Made by a program: the position numbers and the translations under genes
In this document: in pieces, positions 7,788 to 13,995 of the stretch
Position numbering within the stretch: position 1 is the first letter of the stretch
Layout of the letters: each line of letters opens with the position of its first letter
Assembly: GCA_964444175.1 (NCBI GenBank)
Contig: CAYUFI010000004.1
Coordinates: forward strand, 1 to 50,942
DNA: 50,942 nucleotides
Origin: an uncultured Clostridiaceae bacterium
Lineage (GTDB): Bacteria > Bacillota_I > Bacilli_A > RFN20 > CAG-288
Reading direction: 5' to 3'
Notes under the pieces: generated by a model
What the model saw: only the letters and a program-made list of their open reading frames with translations
The model's database searches: none
What the model was told of the DNA's origin: nothing

Positions 7788-10085
7788 CTACAGGACTCTT
7801 ACTTCCGTTTCCTTCTCCCCAGCGCGGATTTTCAGGATTCCCTTTTTCCCCGCGCGGACCCACATCAGGGCGTTCCCGTAATAGGTCGTATACGTCCCGC
7901 TTAAAAAGCTCTCCTCCGTGCGCGGAATCGCCGAGCCGAAGGCGAGGAGATCCCCGTTCGAGATAGAGACGCGTACCGTCCTGTCCGCGTTCGACTCGAC
8001 GGTCTTTTCATCCCCGATATAGACCCGGACGGCGAAGCGTTCCCCGGTCCGGACCGAAGAAGGCGCGAGGATATGAAGGTCTTCCTTTGACGCGGAGACG
8101 AGTTCGTTTCTTCCCCATTCCGTCCCGTCGGAGTGATACGCGACCGCCTCCAGTTTTCCGGGCTTATAGGCGAGTCTGAACTTCGCGCATTTGTCCTTCA
8201 GTTTCTTCTTCCCGGCTTTCTTTCCGTTCAGATAGAGGACGGCGTACGCTCCTTCCGCGTAGACTTCGACCGTCGCTTTCTTCCCCTCGCATCCTTTCCA
8301 GGACCAGGAAGGGACGGAGTTCGTCCCCCTCCAGACCATCTGGGTCGGGCGGATCCTCCCGTGGTTCAAAGGCCGGACCGAGATCGCCGGCTTATCGAGC
8401 CGATGCCACGCGGCTTGGGCCATAAAGGCTTCCCCGGTCGGATGGAAGAGGATGTCGTACGCCCCGGTGTCCGCGAGCAGCCACGGATACGGTTTTTCAA
8501 AGCTGTGCGCGTCTTTGGTATACGCCCACGCCCCGATCCCGACTTCCCCGAGGTAATCGACGGCGGTCCACATGAAATCCCCGATGAGATACGGCAGTTC
8601 CTCCGCGTATCTCCAGTTCTTGACGATGTCGTACGGGAACGTCTCGCTCCCCACGATGACGCGCTCAGGGTGCTTCTTCCCGTCGAGGCGGTAGCGTCCG
8701 GAAGCATAGTTGTATCCGCAGACGTCGAGGGAGGAGAAGAACGGGGAGGAAGCCCTGTCCGTCTTCTTTCCTTTCGACATGTTGTTCATCGCCGGCCCGA
8801 CGAAGTTGGTGATCATGTTGAACAGCGTCGAGTTCAATCCGCTCAGCTTCGTGTCGGTCTTGTCCTTCTTTCCGCCTTCCTTCTCGTCGTACATGCCTTT
8901 CCCCTTGTACGCCGAAGTCAGGATCATCAGATTGATTCCGGCCGTGACGAAGCGGGTCGGGTCGAGCGAGCGGAAGAGATTCGCAATCTCCTTCCCTTTC
9001 TCAACCCCTTTCTTCTTCGCCGGTTCGGAAATCTCGTTTCCGATCGAATACAGGATCACCGACGGGCGGTTATAGTCCCTACTCACGACCGCGCGGATAT
9101 CGTCCTCATAATTCTTCTCCCAGACCGAAGCGTAATCGTAATGGGACTTATGGTAATACCACATGTCCCACATCTCGTCCATCACGTAGATTCCCAGCTC
9201 ATCGCACGCGTCCAATAGATCCGGCGAGACCGGGTTATGCGCCGAGCGAATCGCGTTGAACCCGGCTTCCTTCAGCAGCTTCGCCTTGCGGTATTCGGCT
9301 TCCTTGAACGAGACCGAACCGAGGATGCCGTTATCCGCGTGGAGGCAGCCTCCCCTTAAAAGCGTCTTCTTCCCGTTCACGAACAGGCCCCGATTCGAGA
9401 TTTCGATCTTCCGAATCCCGAACTTCACGCTCAGCTCGTCCCCGTTATAAGAAGCGACGCACGTATAAAGCTTCGGGGAGTTTTCGTCCCAGAGCGAGAC
9501 GCCGTTTAATCCGATTTCCCCGTCTTTTCCCTCGTAAATTTCTTTCTCCCCGTCCAGGATCTTCACGGAAAGAGGAAGCCCGCCGGTGTGCTCGACCCGA
9601 ATCCGGACGGGGTCGACAGAAAGAGTCGTAATCCGGACGCTCTCGGGAAGAAGCGGATGTTCCTTTCCGGTCCAAAGATAGACCGGGCGGTAGATTCCCG
9701 CCCCGCTGTACCACCTAGAGTCCGGCTGGTCCTTATTTTCGCACTCGACCCTCAGCTCGTTCTTTCCTTCCCTGAGATGCCCGTCGAGACGGACGAAGAA
9801 AGGAAGATACCCGTAATCGTTCTCCTTGATGAGTTCCCCGTTCAGAAACACCTTCGCGTTCTTATAGACTCCCCCGAACTGCAGAAGGGCGCTCTCCGAA
9901 GAGGGTTTATCGAACGTCTTTGTATAGACGTAACTCCCGCCATGGAAATACGCTTCGCCCGAGCCGGAAGGAGAATCCTTTTTCCTCGCCGTCTCCAGCA
10001 TGGCGTCGTGGGGCAGATTCAGTTTCCGGAACGTCTTCCCGTCCGAAGAAAAATTCCAGTCCTCGTTGAAATCCGAACGAACCAT
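7788..10085 (-). CDS. Glycoside hydrolase family 2 protein (beta-galactosidase/beta-glucuronidase-like)
   Basis: 765 aa. The N-terminus FNEDWNF...LPHDAM is typical of the GH2 sugar-binding domain. A TIM-barrel segment carries the acid/base motif YSIGNEISEP. No signal peptide. Confidence 0.85.
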   Translation of the reverse strand: MVRSDFNEDWNFSSDGKTFRKLNLPHDAMLETARKKDSPSGSGEAYFHGGSYVYTKTFDKPSSESALLQFGGVYKNAKVFLNGELIKENDYGYLPFFVRLDGHLREGKNELRVECENKDQPDSRWYSGAGIYRPVYLWTGKEHPLLPESVRITTLSVDPVRIRVEHTGGLPLSVKILDGEKEIYEGKDGEIGLNGVSLWDENSPKLYTCVASYNGDELSVKFGIRKIEISNRGLFVNGKKTLLRGGCLHADNGILGSVSFKEAEYRKAKLLKEAGFNAIRSAHNPVSPDLLDACDELGIYVMDEMWDMWYYHKSHYDYASVWEKNYEDDIRAVVSRDYNRPSVILYSIGNEISEPAKKKGVEKGKEIANLFRSLDPTRFVTAGINLMILTSAYKGKGMYDEKEGGKKDKTDTKLSGLNSTLFNMITNFVGPAMNNMSKGKKTDRASSPFFSSLDVCGYNYASGRYRLDGKKHPERVIVGSETFPYDIVKNWRYAEELPYLIGDFMWTAVDYLGEVGIGAWAYTKDAHSFEKPYPWLLADTGAYDILFHPTGEAFMAQAAWHRLDKPAISVRPLNHGRIRPTQMVWRGTNSVPSWSWKGCEGKKATVEVYAEGAYAVLYLNGKKAGKKKLKDKCAKFRLAYKPGKLEAVAYHSDGTEWGRNELVSASKEDLHILAPSSVRTGERFAVRVYIGDEKTVESNADRTVRVSISNGDLLAFGSAIPRTEESFLSGTYTTYYGNALMWVRAGKKGILKIRAGEKETEVRVL

Positions 10086-10576
10086 AAAGAAACCCGTCCT
10101 TTCTACTTTTCATTGAAAGACCTTTTCGTATTTTCGTCAATCACAATCAGTTCCGTACCCGTGAAGAAGGCGAACAGACGGATGTCGTCGACATTTAAAG
10201 CCGTCGCTGACTGCTCCCACAGGCAAGCCCGTGGGGTCTGATTACCAAGTGTAGCTTGTAATCGTACATCATTTTCAGATTTTGGAGTTACAAGTGTAAA
10301 TCTGTTTGAACCAGGACTTTTATTACCAAGCAATCCAACGACCACATGAGCGGTAAATTTCTGCCTTACGGCAAGGACGTACAGTCAATCGCCCTGATAT
10401 GAAGTTGTTAAGCTACTTGTCGTTATGTCGTAATTTGTTTCTACCTCTTTTCTATCCTTTCCAATCCGATCGGATTCACCGGAATCTGGCCCTTTTCCAA
10501 AACAGGATCCCCGCAAAAGCACATGATAGAAACGAACGGAGAAAATGATCATAAATCGGAAGGAAAGAAATCAAAA

Positions 10577-11881
10577 TCAGGAGGGGATTCCGTCCAGAAG
10601 CCAATCGATCAGATTGATCACGCGGATCCCCTCGATATCCGACTGACCTCTGTCCGTAGTAAGGACATAGCGCGCGTAATGGTCGTCGAGCGCGTAGAAC
10701 GGTCGGATTTCCCTCTCCCGCGTCTTCTCGTCATTCAGCGACTGAGTTACCTGGAAATACGATACGGACCCGTTCTTCTCCGCGCGGAAATCGATCTCGA
10801 GCGTGCCGATTTTCCCTATGCTCACGCGGTATCCGCGCCGCAGCAGTTCAAAATAGACCAGGTTCTCCAAAGCGAATCCGGTATCGTAGGAAGAATAGCC
10901 GAGGAGACAATTCCGTAAGCCCAGATCGACGATGTAGAACTTTCCGTTTGTCTTCAGGAGCTGTTTTCCTTTGCAGTCGAACCGGTTCGCCTCGTAAAAA
11001 ACGAACGCTTCCTTCAGCCCTTCGGTATAGTCCTGGACCTTGTGGTTGCCGAGCGTGTCCATCCGGCTGAGCTTCATGTTTTCGTTGATGGCGCCCGTGA
11101 TCCGGTTGTAGGAATATTCCTTCCCGATGTTGTCGGCCAAAAAAACGGACAGTTTCCTTAGCAGGAGCGGATCGGAGATCTTCGTTGTTCCTTTCCTCTC
11201 CTCCCTCTGGAGGATGTCGTTAGAAACGACCGTGTTGTAGATGCTCTCCAGATAGAGCGAAGCCGTCTCTTCCGAAAGTTCCAGCTCGGAAAGGCCCGGC
11301 ATTCCCCCGTATTTCAGATAGGCAGAAAACAGGTCTTCCGGCCGGTATTCCTTCCCGTCCCGCCCGTAACAGCGCCAGAGCGTTCCGCCGGCAGGTGATT
11401 TTTCTTTTGCCGATTGAACATCGCGGAAATCCAGGAATTCCCGGAAAGACAGGGGCAGGATTGGGATTTCCACGTAGCGTCCGGACAGCAGGGTGGAGAA
11501 CTCGCTCGAAAGCATGTGGGAATTCGAACCCGTGATGTAGATGTCCGCGGAAAGATCCGCCCGGATGGAATTCACAGCTTTCTCCCATCGGTCCACCATC
11601 TGGGGCTCGTCGAAGAAGAGATAGTTCTTCTGGTCTTTGACGGTATGGGAAACGACATACTGATACACTTCCCGGTACGACATCGTGTTGAATTTCAGGG
11701 ACTCGAAATTCATCTTGAGGATCCTTTCTTCCTTGATTCCCTGTTCCTTCAGTTTCTCGATCATCAAGTCGAGAAGTTTCGATTTTCCGCAGCGGCGGAT
11801 GCCGGTGACGATCTTGATGCTGTCCGTGTCCTTGAACCGTAGCAGCTCGTCAAGAAAATAATCCCTGTGTTTCAGAGTCAT
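10577..11881 (-). CDS. AAA+ superfamily ATPase with C-terminal DUF4143-like (restriction-endonuclease-like) domain, COG1373 type
   Basis: Walker A GIRRCGKSKL, Walker B LFFDEPQ, and a C-terminal segment LEIDFRAEK...YFQVTQSL. AGGAGG lies 8 nt upstream of the ATG. Confidence 0.8.
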   Translation of the reverse strand: MTLKHRDYFLDELLRFKDTDSIKIVTGIRRCGKSKLLDLMIEKLKEQGIKEERILKMNFESLKFNTMSYREVYQYVVSHTVKDQKNYLFFDEPQMVDRWEKAVNSIRADLSADIYITGSNSHMLSSEFSTLLSGRYVEIPILPLSFREFLDFRDVQSAKEKSPAGGTLWRCYGRDGKEYRPEDLFSAYLKYGGMPGLSELELSEETASLYLESIYNTVVSNDILQREERKGTTKISDPLLLRKLSVFLADNIGKEYSYNRITGAINENMKLSRMDTLGNHKVQDYTEGLKEAFVFYEANRFDCKGKQLLKTNGKFYIVDLGLRNCLLGYSSYDTGFALENLVYFELLRRGYRVSIGKIGTLEIDFRAEKNGSVSYFQVTQSLNDEKTREREIRPFYALDDHYARYVLTTDRGQSDIEGIRVINLIDWLLDGIPS

Positions 11882-11909
11882 AACGGATTCCTCCTATAAT
11901 AAATATAAC

Positions 11910-11978
11910 AAAGTTTTTGCTGGCTTCAGCAAAAAGTTTAAAAAATCGAAAGTTTTTGCTGTACTCAGCAAAAACTTT
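11910..11978. repeat. Two tandem 30-bp palindromes AAAGTTTTTGCTG-N4-CAGCAAAAA(C/G)TTT
   Basis: Copy A spans 11910-11939 (12/13 arm match) and copy B spans 11949-11978 (13/13). The left arms are identical and the copies are 39 bp apart. They lie 29-97 nt upstream of the ATPase ATG. Confidence 0.85.
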
Positions 11979-12048
11979 AAAGCGCGTGTTGGCCTTGATA
12001 AATGAAATACCTTCTTGTATTTCAAAGGAATTTACCTGATTTATGAAC

Positions 12049-12074
12049 AAAAAGGACGGCCTTTCCGGCCGTCC
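12049..12074 (-). terminator. Intrinsic terminator downstream of lgt
   Basis: Minus strand: perfect 8-bp stem GGACGGCC/GGCCGTCC with a 5-nt loop, followed by TTTTTG. Confidence 0.8.
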
Positions 12075-12083
12075 GACGAGTTT

Positions 12084-12974
12084 TTATTCCTTGACGGATT
12101 TCTTTTTCTTTTCGAGGAAATACGGAATCAGGTGATTTAAGAGAATTGCGACGAGACCGATAATCACGAACGCGAGTCCCATCCAGACCGCCTGCATGGA
12201 ATTCACGATGCCGGTGTTCCCTCCGTTATCCGCTCCCATGTTGAACTTCGGATCGCGCAGAGGTTCGAGGATCATGCGGACGATGCCGTACCAGACGAAG
12301 TACATGAACGCCTGGTCGCCGATACGGTAGTGCCTGTTCTCGAGATACGGGACGGCACGCGTAATCAGGAAATATCCCCCGATGTTCAGGACCGATTCGA
12401 GGAAGAAGAGCGGAACGCGGTACGAGCCGGCGATATTCATCCGTTCCATCAGCACGCCGAGGAATCCCCAGCTCGACGGATCGGAAATCGCGACGCCGTA
12501 GACTTCCTGGTTCATGAAATTTCCCCAGCGTCCGAAAATCTGTCCGATGAGGATGGTCGGGACGGAACAGTCGAGCGCGTCGAGGAGATTCCATCCCTTC
12601 CGGCGGATGAGGATCACCAGGATTCCCGTGAGGATGCCTCCGATCGCCCCACCCTGGATGGCGAGCCCGCCCTGCCAGATCTTGAAAACGTTCGTGAAAT
12701 CATCGATGAACTGGGTCGAGCCGTTTTCGCCCGGCCAAGTCGCGATGACGTACCAGATGCGCGCCCCGACGATGCCGCCCGGGAACGCCCAAAGGAACAC
12801 CGAATCGAACACGTCGTTCGGCAGGCCGCGTTTGTGCGCGCGGTAGTTCGAGACGTAGAGCGCCAGAAGCGCCCCGCCGAGAATGATGAGGGCGTACCAG
12901 CGGATGCTCAGGCCGAAAAGCGTGAATCCGATGTTGTGCCCCTCGGAATTCAGAATCCAATCGTATGCGGACAT
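12084..12974 (-). CDS. lgt: Prolipoprotein diacylglyceryl transferase
   Basis: Lgt signature FGRWGNFMNQE, a multi-pass membrane profile, and a position 3 nt downstream of hprK, as in many Bacillota. Confidence 0.9.
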   Translation of the reverse strand: MSAYDWILNSEGHNIGFTLFGLSIRWYALIILGGALLALYVSNYRAHKRGLPNDVFDSVFLWAFPGGIVGARIWYVIATWPGENGSTQFIDDFTNVFKIWQGGLAIQGGAIGGILTGILVILIRRKGWNLLDALDCSVPTILIGQIFGRWGNFMNQEVYGVAISDPSSWGFLGVLMERMNIAGSYRVPLFFLESVLNIGGYFLITRAVPYLENRHYRIGDQAFMYFVWYGIVRMILEPLRDPKFNMGADNGGNTGIVNSMQAVWMGLAFVIIGLVAILLNHLIPYFLEKKKKSVKE

Positions 12975-12977
12975 GTT

Positions 12978-13931
12978 TTATTCCCTGCCTTCCATCTCTT
13001 TTGCTTTCTTCTGACGGGCTTCGTCCATGACTTTCTCGAATTCCGCCAGCGAATCGTAGCCGGATTCCTTCAGTTTGAAATTGGTGACCGCGACTTCGAT
13101 CAGTTCGAACATCGAGCGTCCGGAGCTGACCGGCAGACGGGCGTAAGGGATCTTCACGCCGAGATAATCGATCGTCTCGTTCTTCTGGCCGGTGCGGTCC
13201 ACGATGGGATCCGCCGGATCGAACTGGCGCAGATCGATGCAGTAACGGATGTGGGATTTCCTCTTGATGGAGTTAATGCCGAACATCCTCGGCACGTTGA
13301 TCAGACCGATTCCGCGCACTTCCATCATGCCGTAGGTGATGTCCGGGGACGAACCTTCGAGCCGTCCGCGCACGTTGCGGATCTCGACCTTGTCGTCCGA
13401 GACGAGGATGTGTCCTTTTTTAATCAGATCCAGAGCGATTTCGGATTTACCGATGCCGGAGTCGCCCATGATGAGCGTGCCGGCGCCGAAGATCTCCATG
13501 AGGTTCGCGTGGATCGAGGTGTGCGGGGCGAGCTTCTCGCTCAGCCAGTTCAGCACGTCCGCTTCAAAGACCGCGGTGTCCTCCTCGGTCGAAAGGATCG
13601 GGCAGTCTTTCCGCGAAGCCGCCTTCTTGATTTCCTCGGGGACGGAATCTCCCCTGCCGTGGCAGACGACCAGTCCCGGCGTCTCCTCGGAGCAGATCTG
13701 GACGAACGCCGAATAGATCTGTTCGGGCGTCATCGTCTTCAGATAGGCGAATTCCTTGTTTCCTAGGACGACTAGACGCGAGCGCTGGTGGTATTCGAAG
13801 AATCCGGTCATCTCGAGTCCCGGCCGGTCGACCTCGATCACGTGGAAAGGACGCGACAAAGCTGCCTCGTCACCCTGGATGACGGTGAGATCGAACTGGC
13901 GGACGAGATCTTTGACCGTTAATGTTTTCAT
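12978..13931 (-). CDS. hprK: HPr kinase/phosphorylase
   Basis: P-loop GDSGIGKSE and the HprK signature MEVRGIGLINV. 317 aa. Confidence 0.95.
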   Translation of the reverse strand: MKTLTVKDLVRQFDLTVIQGDEAALSRPFHVIEVDRPGLEMTGFFEYHQRSRLVVLGNKEFAYLKTMTPEQIYSAFVQICSEETPGLVVCHGRGDSVPEEIKKAASRKDCPILSTEEDTAVFEADVLNWLSEKLAPHTSIHANLMEIFGAGTLIMGDSGIGKSEIALDLIKKGHILVSDDKVEIRNVRGRLEGSSPDITYGMMEVRGIGLINVPRMFGINSIKRKSHIRYCIDLRQFDPADPIVDRTGQKNETIDYLGVKIPYARLPVSSGRSMFELIEVAVTNFKLKESGYDSLAEFEKVMDEARQKKAKEMEGRE

Positions 13932-13960
13932 GAATCCGTTCCTATTTCTTTTCTAAAGTT

Positions 13961-13966
13961 ATTCTA
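13961..13966 (-). promoter_or_regulatory. Candidate -10 box (TAGAAT) upstream of hprK
   Basis: A minus-strand TAGAAT lies about 30 nt upstream of the hprK ATG and just downstream of an imperfect hairpin that follows the uvrA stop. Confidence 0.35.
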
Positions 13967-13995
13967 CTCGCTTTCTTCCCGAAGAAAAAGCGGAC

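Noticed and set aside
8133-9218. Long antisense ORFs opposite well-supported genes. Examples are 8133-9218 (361 aa), 12330-13766 (478 aa), 24419-25714 (431 aa), 31089-32579 (496 aa), 34858-35751 (297 aa), 14864-15652, 15187-15984 and 45771-46379.
   Set aside because: Their products are Arg/Gly/Asp/Val/Pro-rich low-complexity sequence with no motifs. Each lies fully inside a gene with clear family signatures on the other strand. This is the expected stop-codon depletion on the antisense strand of genes that favour G/C-ending codons.
10103-10548. Small ORFs in the 490-bp gap: 80 aa on the minus strand (10103-10345), and 49 aa (MKLLSYLSLCRNLFLPLFYPF..., 10399-10548) and 18 aa on the plus strand.
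   Set aside because: None has an SD and none has a recognisable family. The hydrophobic 49-aa ORF superficially resembles a type I toxin, but there is no promoter, SD or antisense-RNA architecture I can support. They are noted only within the gap finding.
10150-10576. Whether the gap encodes tmRNA, RNase P RNA, 6S RNA or SRP RNA. GGGGTCTGATT resembles a tmRNA 5' end, and AAAGTCCTGG resembles the RNase P P4 helix and the 6S 5' end.
   Set aside because: There is no tRNA-like 3' end (T-arm plus CCA) and no tag ORF for tmRNA. There is no GAGGAAAGTCC and no complementary P4 strand for RNase P. There is no long closing helix complementary to AAAGTCCTGG for 6S. The SRP domain IV motifs are absent. 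These resemblances are short and probably chance.
11850-12050. A 66-aa ORF covering the twin palindromes (its translation repeats FKVFAEYSKNF / FKLFAEASKNF), and the idea that the repeats are a mini CRISPR array.
   Set aside because: The ORF overlaps the ATPase start and the lgt terminator and has no SD. Its internal repeat simply mirrors the DNA palindromes. There are only two repeat units, separated by a 9-nt spacer, and no cas genes, so this is not a CRISPR array.
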